Virus record (IMG/VR): IMGVR_UViG_3300050196_000040
Source: a virus
DNA: 51,673 bases
Strand: one strand, 5' to 3'
Part shown: in pieces, positions 35,086-43,063 of the stretch
Numbering within the stretch: the first letter of the stretch is position 1
How the letters are laid out: each line of letters begins with the position of its first letter
Made by a program: the position numbers and the translations under genes
The notes under the pieces: model-generated
What the model was told of the DNA's origin: nothing
Database searches by the model: none
What the model saw: the letters and a program-made list of their open reading frames with translations, nothing else

Positions 35086-36272
35086 CCACAGTAACATTTG
35101 ATGTAGAGACTAAAATTGTAGCAAAAGGAAATCCGTTCACGGCGAGTGGCAAGTTGATTTCCTACTCTATTAAACCCGATGACAAAGACGTGTCTTTCAA
35201 CTACCATACAAGCATTGACTTCTTGACTGAACTGCGAGCATACATGCAGCAGGCTAAGTTGCTTGTAGGTTTTAATTTGAAATTCGATCTATCTTGGGCA
35301 GCACGACATGGCATATATCCACCAGACCGCATTAGGGTTTGGGATTGCCAGCTTGCAGAGTTCATCCTAACAGGACAGAAAGGAAGCTACCCGTCACTAG
35401 ACGAGTGTTGCGCCAAGTACAATCTAGGAACTAAGGATGACAAGATTGCTGAGTATTGGAAGATGGGCATTTGTACAGAGTTTATTCCTAAAGAGGAACT
35501 AGAGTTCTACAACAACTTAGATGTAGACCTAACGTATAAACTCTATCTTGCTCAGAAAGCTGTGATGACAGAGGCACAGTTAAAACTTTTAATGGTGGCA
35601 GGACTCGATCTACTCGTCCTTGCTGAGATGGAACAGAATGGAGTTAAATTTGACACTAAGCTCTGCACTACTAAAGCCGAGGAAACCAAAGAGCGCCTCG
35701 AAGCACTCACAAAAGAGCTACTTGCTTATTCCCCTACTCCCGATATTAATCTTGATAGTGGGCAGCATCTGTCTTGTCTACTCTATGGTGGGAAGTTTGA
35801 AATAGATTATGTCACACAAGAGACTGCCTACTATAAAGGAAACTCGAAGGCAACTGGGGCAAAGAAAGGCGATGCTTATGAAAAGTCCGTACATACGCTT
35901 ATTGTCTTTGACTGTCCAAGCCTATTTACTCCACTCCCTAAAAGTGAAACGAAACTCAAGAAAAAACTTACATCTGGTGAAGAAATAACAATTTATGTTA
36001 CAAACGAAGACACCCTCAAACAACTCAAGTGCAAAGGACAGTACCAGCGCAAGTTGGTACAACTCCTCCTTGAACGGGCAGAGCTTGCCAAGCTACTTGA
36101 CACCTACTATTCTGCCCTACCTACTCTATTAGAAGAAATGGAATGGGGTGATGTGCTTCACCCAACTTATAACCAGTGCGTAGCAAGAACTGGACGACTA
36201 TCGAGCAGCCGCCCTAACGCACAAAACTTTTCAAAAGATGTAGATGAACTTTTGATAAGTGCTTATGAATAG
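35082..36272 (+). CDS. DNA polymerase I family, part 1 (3-5 exonuclease + N-terminal polymerase half)
   Basis: TFDVETK (Exo I), GFNLKFDL (Exo II), YNNLDVDLTY (Exo III), ARTGRLSSSRPNAQNF; stops just before motif A. Confidence 0.85.
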   Translation: MTTVTFDVETKIVAKGNPFTASGKLISYSIKPDDKDVSFNYHTSIDFLTELRAYMQQAKLLVGFNLKFDLSWAARHGIYPPDRIRVWDCQLAEFILTGQKGSYPSLDECCAKYNLGTKDDKIAEYWKMGICTEFIPKEELEFYNNLDVDLTYKLYLAQKAVMTEAQLKLLMVAGLDLLVLAEMEQNGVKFDTKLCTTKAEETKERLEALTKELLAYSPTPDINLDSGQHLSCLLYGGKFEIDYVTQETAYYKGNSKATGAKKGDAYEKSVHTLIVFDCPSLFTPLPKSETKLKKKLTSGEEITIYVTNEDTLKQLKCKGQYQRKLVQLLLERAELAKLLDTYYSALPTLLEEMEWGDVLHPTYNQCVARTGRLSSSRPNAQNFSKDVDELLISAYE

Positions 36273-36295
36273 CCATATCAACTTAGGAGTATAAT

Positions 36296-36769
36296 ATGGA
36301 AGATGTCAAACAGCTATATGAAACAACAGAATTAACCATTGCGCAGATTGCGAAAGAATGTAATATTCCTTTTTATCATGTATATAAATATATTAAGGCT
36401 AATTATTCTGTAGAGTATAGAGCTAATAGAAAATCCCTTTGCTATAGAAATAGCAAACTAGGTGAAAAGAATCCTATGCTAGGAAACTTTCTTGAGAATC
36501 ATCCAAGATACTTGGGAGAAATTTCAGATAACAAAGGTTACCTAATGAAGATAAAGCCTAGTTGGTATACAGGACGAAAGAAAAGTATCCATGTGTTTGT
36601 GCACCACTTGGTTATATGTGAGTCTCTAGGAATCACAGAAATTCCTACAGGATATTGTGTACATCATAAAGATCATAATCCATTAAATAATTTAATTGGT
36701 AATCTTCAGTTGATGACTTTATCAGACCATACAAAACTTCATTTACAGGAACGAAATGCCACTGGTTAA
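36296..36769 (+). CDS. HNH homing endonuclease inserted in the DNA polymerase gene
   Basis: HHKDHNPLNNLIGNLQLMTLSDHTKLH; own RBS (TAGGAG); 3-prime end overlaps the restart of the polymerase by 14 nt. Confidence 0.8.
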   Translation: MEDVKQLYETTELTIAQIAKECNIPFYHVYKYIKANYSVEYRANRKSLCYRNSKLGEKNPMLGNFLENHPRYLGEISDNKGYLMKIKPSWYTGRKKSIHVFVHHLVICESLGITEIPTGYCVHHKDHNPLNNLIGNLQLMTLSDHTKLHLQERNATG

Positions 36770-37481
36770 TGTAGATGTAAAGAGCCTTGAAAACGTTGTG
36801 GCTGCTGAGTTGTCTCAGGACAAAGTAATGATGCAGGAAATTAGAGAGAAGCAAGACCTACATGCTAATAATCAAAAGGCATTTGGTTTGCCTAGTAGGT
36901 TGGTAGCTAAGGTGTTGGTCTTCCGTATTCTTTATGGTGGTGGGGCATATTCATTTGCCAACGACTCAGACTTCACTGCAACATCTACATCAGTTAAGTA
37001 TTGGGAGAAAGCAATTGAAGCTTTCTATGACAAATATAAAGGAGTAAAGGTTTGGCATGAGCAACTTATTCAGACTGCCCAACGAGAAGGTCGTCTTGTC
37101 ATTCCCAGTGGACGACACTTCCCGATTTCGCCAATGGTTAATAAATGGAACGGAGGTATGGACTGGCCCATCACAGTCATTAAGAATTATCCTGTCCAAG
37201 GGTTTGGAGCCGACTTGGTTATGCTTGCACGACTCGAAGCTAGGAAACGACTTAGAGCTTCTGGACTTGAGTATAAACTCATATCTACGATACATGATTC
37301 CATTGTCGCGGACTGTCCCAGCCATGCTGTTCGGGATGTTGGCAGGATTCTTTATGACTCGATAGAGGCTGTTCCAGCTCTGTGTAAAAGAGTGTTTGGA
37401 TATGACTTTAGCCTCCCTCTTACAAGTGAAGTACAATATGGTCCAAATAAAAAAGAGATGAAAGATTTAGTGTTGACATAA
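36756..37481 (+). CDS. DNA polymerase I family, part 2 (motifs A, B, C)
   Basis: VDVKSLENVVAAELSQD (motif A), RLVAKVLVFRILYGGG (motif B), STIHDSIVAD (motif C). Confidence 0.85.
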   Translation: MPLVNVDVKSLENVVAAELSQDKVMMQEIREKQDLHANNQKAFGLPSRLVAKVLVFRILYGGGAYSFANDSDFTATSTSVKYWEKAIEAFYDKYKGVKVWHEQLIQTAQREGRLVIPSGRHFPISPMVNKWNGGMDWPITVIKNYPVQGFGADLVMLARLEARKRLRASGLEYKLISTIHDSIVADCPSHAVRDVGRILYDSIEAVPALCKRVFGYDFSLPLTSEVQYGPNKKEMKDLVLT

Positions 37482-37502
37482 TCCTCTGGGATATGTTATA
37501 AT
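37473..37502 (+). promoter_or_regulatory. Consensus sigma70 promoter with extended -10
   Basis: TTGACA-18 nt-TATAAT with TGt before the -10; the -35 overlaps the last codons of the polymerase gene. Confidence 0.65.
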
Positions 37503-37555
37503 ATTATATAGAGACAAATAATTCTCTAAGTTAAATAATTTAATAGGAAAATAAA

Positions 37556-38074
37556 TTGAAAATTAAGATTTTGGATGTTACTGTCGAGAACATCGTCAAA
37601 GGCAAGAGCCGTTATTCTAAAGCTGCTGTAACCTACACCTACAATGGTGAGGCACGGACGCAAAACATTATGAGCTTTACTAATCCAGCTATTTTTAAAG
37701 CTGTGCAGGAAAAGGTTGGTCAGGAAGTTGAAATCACCATCACCAAGAATGCAGCAGGATACAACGAGTGGGCCTCTTTGGATGACATTGGTTCGCCAGC
37801 GTCAGTACCGACGCCTCAAGGCGCTCCGACTCCTAGCTCGGCTGCACCCACACCCACACGAGTCACTGGCTCAAATTACGAGACACCCACAGAGCGTGCC
37901 CAGAAACAAGTTTACATTGTCAAACAGTCTTCTATCTCGGCTGCTCTCTCCCTTGCATCCGCTAATAAAGAAAAGATTACGAAAGAAGAAGTGGTTGCCA
38001 CAGCACAGTTCTTTGTAGACTATGTATTTGACACAGACACTTCTATGGACTCTCTTAAATCTGACGAACTGTAA
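37556..38074 (+). CDS. Putative single-stranded DNA-binding protein
   Basis: TTG start after AGGAAA; beta-rich N-domain, Pro/Ser/Ala linker, acidic C-terminus DTDTSMDSLKSDEL; sits between the polymerase and the exonuclease. Confidence 0.4.
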   Translation: MKIKILDVTVENIVKGKSRYSKAAVTYTYNGEARTQNIMSFTNPAIFKAVQEKVGQEVEITITKNAAGYNEWASLDDIGSPASVPTPQGAPTPSSAAPTPTRVTGSNYETPTERAQKQVYIVKQSSISAALSLASANKEKITKEEVVATAQFFVDYVFDTDTSMDSLKSDEL

Positions 38075-38791
38075 TTGACTAAGCTACTCATTGATGGTGA
38101 CTTGTTTGCATTTAGGTGTGCAGCAAGTGCCGAAAATGATAGCGAACATATTGCTTGTGCCCGTATGGAAACGTTGCTTGACACTTGCCTGACAGAAACA
38201 AAGTCAGATGAATTCGCAATGTTCCTAACGGGACCAACCAACTTTCGTTATCAAGTCTACCCTGAATATAAGGCCACACGGGTAGATAAATATCGGCCTA
38301 AGTATTTGAATGTTTGTAAAGACTATCTTCGAGATGTATATGATGCTGTAACATCTGACAACTGCGAAGCTGATGACCTCATGGCTATTGCCCAATCTTC
38401 ACAACGAGACACCATTATATGTTCTCTTGACAAAGATATGTTGCAGGTTCCCGGTCGGCATTATTCATGGGCTATTGAAGGTGGGCCACTTAATAAACGA
38501 TGGTTTAAAGAAGCAAAGCTACAGGAAATATCTCCTATCGAAGGACTTCGTAAATTCTATTATCAAATGATTGTTGGAGATAGTTCGGATAACATTAAAG
38601 GTGTAGATGGTATGGGGCCTGTAACAGCTAATAAGCTGCTGGCAGGGCTAGACACTGAGGAAGAAATGTTTGACGCTGTACGGGCTGCCTATGGCCTTGA
38701 TGAGGCTATGCTTATGAATGGACAAGTCCTTTGGCTACAGCGCAATCCAGGAGAGATATGGAGGATGCCATTTGAGGGAGAAATACAATGA
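38075..38791 (+). CDS. 5-3 exonuclease / flap endonuclease
   Basis: LLIDGDLFAFR, CEADDLMA, SLDKDMLQV, GDSSDNIKGVDGMGPVTANKLL (H3TH). Confidence 0.85.
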   Translation: MTKLLIDGDLFAFRCAASAENDSEHIACARMETLLDTCLTETKSDEFAMFLTGPTNFRYQVYPEYKATRVDKYRPKYLNVCKDYLRDVYDAVTSDNCEADDLMAIAQSSQRDTIICSLDKDMLQVPGRHYSWAIEGGPLNKRWFKEAKLQEISPIEGLRKFYYQMIVGDSSDNIKGVDGMGPVTANKLLAGLDTEEEMFDAVRAAYGLDEAMLMNGQVLWLQRNPGEIWRMPFEGEIQ

Positions 38792-39128
38792 TGGAATTTG
38801 GACCCCTGCTAGGTTTAACTCTTTTGTTACCAGCATTCTGCGTTCTGGTAGCCGCCGTTGGCCTCCTAAGTATCAAGTGCTTAATGAAGCCAAAACCGAA
38901 AAAGCTATCAATGCTAAATCCGGCAGACTGGCCCAACATTATAGATGCAATGGATGTGGAAAAGAGTTCCCCGCGAAAGATGTACAAGTTGACCACATCA
39001 CCCCGATTGGATATGACAAAAGTTGGGATGACTGGATCAATGGATTATTCTGTGAACGGGAGAATCTTCAAGTCCTATGCAAGCCTTGCCACAAAGAAAA
39101 AACACAACTAGAAAAGAAAAAGAAATAA
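38772..39128 (+). CDS. HNH endonuclease
   Basis: CNGCGKEF..VDHITPIG..NLQVLCKPCHKEKT; TTG 38772 six nt after GGAGGA preferred over track start 38718. Confidence 0.75.
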   Translation: MREKYNDGIWTPARFNSFVTSILRSGSRRWPPKYQVLNEAKTEKAINAKSGRLAQHYRCNGCGKEFPAKDVQVDHITPIGYDKSWDDWINGLFCERENLQVLCKPCHKEKTQLEKKKK

Positions 39129-39323
39129 ATGCTAATTGAAGTTGAGTCCAAGGACTCGGATGGAAACATTGCCTTCCACGGCAAACTTAATAAAACAGAA
39201 GTATCCTTTGTTCTAAACGTTGGAATCAATTACCTGTTGGCTAATGGGGCTATGCCATTGTTTACAGGTAAGGATGATGAAGAACTTGGTATTGTAGCTG
39301 CAACCCCTAAGATGGCACAATGA
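39129..39323 (+). CDS. Hypothetical protein
   Basis: 64-aa ORF, TAAATG coupling. Confidence 0.5.
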   Translation: MLIEVESKDSDGNIAFHGKLNKTEVSFVLNVGINYLLANGAMPLFTGKDDEELGIVAATPKMAQ

Positions 39324-39341
39324 CATGGCTAAAACACATTT

Positions 39342-40091
39342 GTGCTCCCAGACTGTCAAGTTAGGGCTGGTGATGACACTACTTTTCTTCATGCCACTGG
39401 TAACTACTTGGTTCGCAAACAACCAGATGTGGTGGTATGCATTGGGGATTTTGCTGACCTTCCTAGTCTTAGTAGTTATGATATTGGCAAGCGCTCCTTT
39501 GAAGGACGACGATACGCAACAGACATCCGTGCCACTAAAGAGGCAATGTCGGCACTATTAGAGTCAATTAAAATATTTAATGAGCGTGCTAAAAAGAATA
39601 AAGAAAAACAGTACCGCCCTCGAATGGTTATGTGTCTTGGCAATCACGAGAATCGCATTAACCGCGCAGTCAATGATGACCCGAAGTTGGATGGCGTACT
39701 CTCAGTAGATGACCTTCAATACAAAGAAGCTGGTTGGGAAGTCCATCCTTTCCTTGACGTGGTTATTGTGGACGGCATTGCGTACAGTCATTACTTTGTC
39801 ACCGGTGTTGCTGGTCGTCCAGCTAGTAGTGCACAAGCTCAATTGAGAAAGACAAACATGAGTTGTATTGCAGGACACCAGCAGTCATTACAGATTGCTA
39901 CTAGCACTAAAGCAGACGGAACTCTCCTAACTTCTGTAATTGCAGGGAGCTTCTATGAGCATGATGAAGACTATCTAGGTCCGCAAGGAAACAAACATTG
40001 GCGTGGATGCCTTATGCTGCATGATGTTGACAATGGAGCATTCGATCTTATGAACATTAAACTAGACTGGTTAAAGAAGAAATATGCTTAA
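39342..40091 (+). CDS. Metallophosphoesterase (calcineurin-like)
   Basis: VVVCIGDFADL, MCLGNHENR, AYSHYF, AGHQQ; GTG start with no obvious RBS (see finding). Confidence 0.75.
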   Translation: MLPDCQVRAGDDTTFLHATGNYLVRKQPDVVVCIGDFADLPSLSSYDIGKRSFEGRRYATDIRATKEAMSALLESIKIFNERAKKNKEKQYRPRMVMCLGNHENRINRAVNDDPKLDGVLSVDDLQYKEAGWEVHPFLDVVIVDGIAYSHYFVTGVAGRPASSAQAQLRKTNMSCIAGHQQSLQIATSTKADGTLLTSVIAGSFYEHDEDYLGPQGNKHWRGCLMLHDVDNGAFDLMNIKLDWLKKKYA

Positions 40092-40350
40092 CGAAAAAGA
40101 TATACAAGACTATCATAATGCTCACTTTCCACAGCCTAAAGCAGATGATACACAGCATGGTGGCAGCCACTATAAAAAGCTGGACCCTGAACCATGGAAC
40201 GTTATTACTGCATGGAACTTAGGCTATCTAGATGGTACTGCCCTTAAGTACATTGCCCGATGGCGAGACAAGAATGGAATTGAGGACTTGCGTAAGGCAA
40301 TTCACTTTCTGCAAAAGACAATTGAAGTACATCAAGGAATTCTTAAGTGA
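40084..40350 (+). CDS. DUF3310-like phage protein
   Basis: PEPWNVITAWNLGYLDGTALKYIARWRDKNGIEDLRKAIHFL. Confidence 0.6.
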   Translation: MLNEKDIQDYHNAHFPQPKADDTQHGGSHYKKLDPEPWNVITAWNLGYLDGTALKYIARWRDKNGIEDLRKAIHFLQKTIEVHQGILK

Positions 40351-40673
40351 AATTTAACGAATACGAACAAGAAATTAAGAAGTTTGCCATCTATCCTGAA
40401 GCAGGTACAGGTGGTACATTGGCAATGGCTTATACAGCCCTAGGCCTTGTGGGAGAAGCTGGTGAATACTCTGAGAAAATTAAAAAGCATATTCGTGATG
40501 GAGTGCTGGATAAACGCTTGGCTATTAAAGAACTTGGTGATGTGCTTTGGTATCTCACTGCTTCTGCTAATGAGTTGGGATATTCCCTTACTGATGTGGC
40601 AGAAATTAATCTTGTCAAGCTTAGTGACCGCAGCAATCGTGGGGTTCTTTCTGGCTCTGGAGATGCTCGATGA
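40347..40673 (+). CDS. mazG: MazG-like nucleoside triphosphate pyrophosphohydrolase
   Basis: LGLVGEAGEYSEKIKKHIRDG and ELGDVLWYL. Confidence 0.8.
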   Translation: MKFNEYEQEIKKFAIYPEAGTGGTLAMAYTALGLVGEAGEYSEKIKKHIRDGVLDKRLAIKELGDVLWYLTASANELGYSLTDVAEINLVKLSDRSNRGVLSGSGDAR

Positions 40674-40870
40674 AGATTAAAAATAAAGATACCATCTATG
40701 CAGTGATGCGTAAGGATGGAGACAAGGGACAAGATGTTGTCTGTTGCTTTGCTGGTAGCCTAGTAGGTGCAGAGGACTTGTGTGGTGAGTATGAGCAGGC
40801 TTGGATTGACAGTGGAGGGGGCGATGAAGCACATTATTATGTTGTGTCAAACACGTTCTATGATCGTTGA
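40670..40870 (+). CDS. Hypothetical protein
   Basis: 66-aa ORF, ATGA coupling. Confidence 0.5.
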   Translation: MKIKNKDTIYAVMRKDGDKGQDVVCCFAGSLVGAEDLCGEYEQAWIDSGGGDEAHYYVVSNTFYDR

Positions 40871-41022
40871 ATAAACTAGAACTAATCGAAGAACTACAGC
40901 AGGTAGACGAAGTAGCCTTGCTAGAGCTGCTAGATATTTCTACGCAGGATTTGATTGATGCTTTCCTAGATCGTATCTCAGAAAACCAAAGTAAACTGAT
41001 TAAGTATATTTGTGACAATTAA
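40867..41022 (+). CDS. Hypothetical acidic helical protein (51 aa, TTG start), not in ORF track
   Basis: TTGA overlap with the upstream stop; NKLELIEELQQVDEVALLELLD..; no RBS seen. Confidence 0.3.
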   Translation: MNKLELIEELQQVDEVALLELLDISTQDLIDAFLDRISENQSKLIKYICDN

Positions 41023-41191
41023 ACCAGCACGTACTCACTTTGATAAAGAGAAGGATGAAGAGCGTATCCGATTCCTTCGTCGTGAGCAACAAGAACAAGA
41101 GGCTAAGAGGAGCCTACAAGATTTCCTTCGTCATAAAGAGGAAGATGATGACCATGGAGAGGGTGATGCTCCCACTAATTCGCTTTCGTGA
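41012..41191 (+). CDS. Hypothetical charged protein (59 aa, GTG start), not in ORF track
   Basis: TIKPARTHFDKEKDEERIRFLRREQQEQEAKR.. looks more protein-like than the overlapping N-terminal part of track ORF 41040..41402. Confidence 0.35.
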   Translation: MTIKPARTHFDKEKDEERIRFLRREQQEQEAKRSLQDFLRHKEEDDDHGEGDAPTNSLS

Positions 41192-41192
41192 T

Positions 41193-41402
41193 ATGCTTGC
41201 TAATTATAAAGCACAGATGGATGAAGACATGGATGAACTAATTAATGCTGCTGAAATTGTAGGAGCTAGGCCCAACTACCTTACAGTAGATGAACATGGG
41301 TTCTACCATGTCCAAGCCTCTGGAACTATAGACCAAGTGCTTGATGCACTAGAAAAACAACTAGAAAAACTAACCCGCATTAGGGCACAAAAAGAACGAT
41401 GA
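41193..41402 (+). CDS. Hypothetical protein (C-terminal part of track ORF 41040..41402)
   Basis: ATG 41193 follows the stop at 41191 by 1 nt; MLANYKAQMDEDMDELINAAE..; ATGA coupling to the RNR gene. Confidence 0.45.
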   Translation: MLANYKAQMDEDMDELINAAEIVGARPNYLTVDEHGFYHVQASGTIDQVLDALEKQLEKLTRIRAQKER

Positions 41403-43063
41403 GTCGATTTAAAACACAATTTGCAGAAAACATTTTCCGTCAAAAATATGCACAAGGACCAAATGATACATGGGACAACCTCTCTGAACGTGTCGTTGAA
41501 GACGTTTGTGGACCCCGTAATGGGACCTCTCTTATGTCTGACTCTGAGCGCACCGAGCTTATCGGACATATTAAGCACATGCGATTCCTCCCTGGAGGAC
41601 GCTATCTTTATTACGCCGGGCGTCCTTACAAAGCCTATAACAATTGCTACCTATTACGGGCTGAAGAAGACACCCGAGAAGAATGGAGCAACGTAACATG
41701 GCGGGCTATGTCCTGCCTAATGACTGGGGGTGGTATTGGCATTGACTATAGCAAACTGCGGCCAGAGGGCAAAGCTCTTACGAGAACTGGTGGAACTGCG
41801 AGCGGTCCTATCCCTCTCATGTCAGCGATTAACGAGATTGGAAGAAATGTCATGCAAGGCGGAAGCAGGCGATCTGCAATCTATGCGTCGCTTAACTGGA
41901 AGCATGAAGACATTCCTAAATTCTTGGGAATTAAAAATTGGGATGGAGCAACTAAACTAGCCAAAGAGGCCAACTTTAATGCAGCAGCCCCACTTGATAT
42001 GACAAACATTAGTGTCAATTATGATACTGAGAGTTTGGGTGGATACACTAACGTAAAGGGTATTGTACTGGAAAACAGTTTGCATGAGAATGAGGTGTTT
42101 AAACAAAACGTTCGTCAAGCAATGGAAACTGGTGAGCCTGGCTTTAGCTTTAACTTCTTTGAGAAAGAAAATGAAACCCTTCGCAATGCATGTACTGAGG
42201 TCACAAGCGAGGACGACTCTGATGTCTGCAATCTTGGTTCCATCAACCTTGGTAATATTTCTAGCTTGGATGAATTCAAGTCTGTGGTTAGCCTTGCTAG
42301 TAAGTTTCTTGTATGTGGTACTCTCCGTGCTGATCTCCCCTATGATAAAGTATACAAGGTGCGAGAAAAAAATCGACGACTCGGATTGGGTCTTATGGGC
42401 ATCCATGAGTGGCTGCTCCAACGAGGTAGTAACTACGAAGTAACAAAGGAGCTACGTCAATGGCTACAGGTATACAAAGATGAGAGTGAGCGAGCAGCTA
42501 ACGAGCACTGCGATAGATTCTTTATTAGCCGCCCAGTCGCTTATCGGGCTATTGCTCCAACAGGCACCATTGGAATTCTCGCAAGCACAACAACAGGGAT
42601 TGAACCACTATTTGCAGTTGCTTATAAACGACGCTATCTTACTGATGGAACAAAATGGAAATACGAGTATGTCGTCGATGCAACAGCCGACCGATTGGTT
42701 AAAGAGTATGGCCTCAAAGCTGACGAAATTGATACCGCCTACAAACTAAGTAGCAACTATGAGCAACGAATTGCCTTCCAAGCGGACATTCAAGATTATG
42801 TTGACATGTCAATTAGTTCTACCATTAACCTACCTGCATGGGGTACCAAAGAGAACAATGAAAGCCGTGTTGAAGAGTTTACCAAAACACTTGCAGCGTA
42901 TGCTCCCCGGCTCCGAGGTTTCACCTGCTACCCTGACGGTAGTCGTGGAGGACAACCAATTACAGAGTGTTCCTACGAAGAAGCAGTGAAGCATCGTGGT
43001 ACTGTCTTTACTGAGCATGATGTTTGCGATATAACAGGTCATGGTGGTAGCTGTGGTGTTTAA
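41399..43063 (+). CDS. Ribonucleotide reductase, probably class II (NrdJ-like)
   Basis: RNACTEV (NxCxE), CNLGSINL, C-terminal Cys pair CDITGHGGSCG; no beta-subunit or activase ORF in the genome. Confidence 0.8.
   Translation: MSRFKTQFAENIFRQKYAQGPNDTWDNLSERVVEDVCGPRNGTSLMSDSERTELIGHIKHMRFLPGGRYLYYAGRPYKAYNNCYLLRAEEDTREEWSNVTWRAMSCLMTGGGIGIDYSKLRPEGKALTRTGGTASGPIPLMSAINEIGRNVMQGGSRRSAIYASLNWKHEDIPKFLGIKNWDGATKLAKEANFNAAAPLDMTNISVNYDTESLGGYTNVKGIVLENSLHENEVFKQNVRQAMETGEPGFSFNFFEKENETLRNACTEVTSEDDSDVCNLGSINLGNISSLDEFKSVVSLASKFLVCGTLRADLPYDKVYKVREKNRRLGLGLMGIHEWLLQRGSNYEVTKELRQWLQVYKDESERAANEHCDRFFISRPVAYRAIAPTGTIGILASTTTGIEPLFAVAYKRRYLTDGTKWKYEYVVDATADRLVKEYGLKADEIDTAYKLSSNYEQRIAFQADIQDYVDMSISSTINLPAWGTKENNESRVEEFTKTLAAYAPRLRGFTCYPDGSRGGQPITECSYEEAVKHRGTVFTEHDVCDITGHGGSCGV

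Larger units (their letters stand above)
20390..39580. repeat. Dispersed palindrome family RTTAAA-N3-TTTAAY (27 copies in this span, 1 more at 44343)
   Basis: 13-mer starts are listed in the corresponding finding; each copy was read directly from the sequence. Confidence 0.9.

Noticed and set aside
36273-36769. Group I intron carrying the HNH ORF in the DNA polymerase gene
   Set aside because: Only 23 nt separate the part-1 stop from the HNH start, and the HNH ORF overlaps the part-2 ATG. There is no non-coding sequence to form an intron core. Both polymerase halves have their own stop or start at the exact junction. Splicing is not formally excluded without RNA data.
39325-39561. 78-aa hydrophobic ORF starting at a well-placed ATG
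   Set aside because: It is entirely nested in another frame of the metallophosphoesterase gene, which has GDxxD and GNHE motifs. It is more likely a by-product of a start-site problem (see finding).
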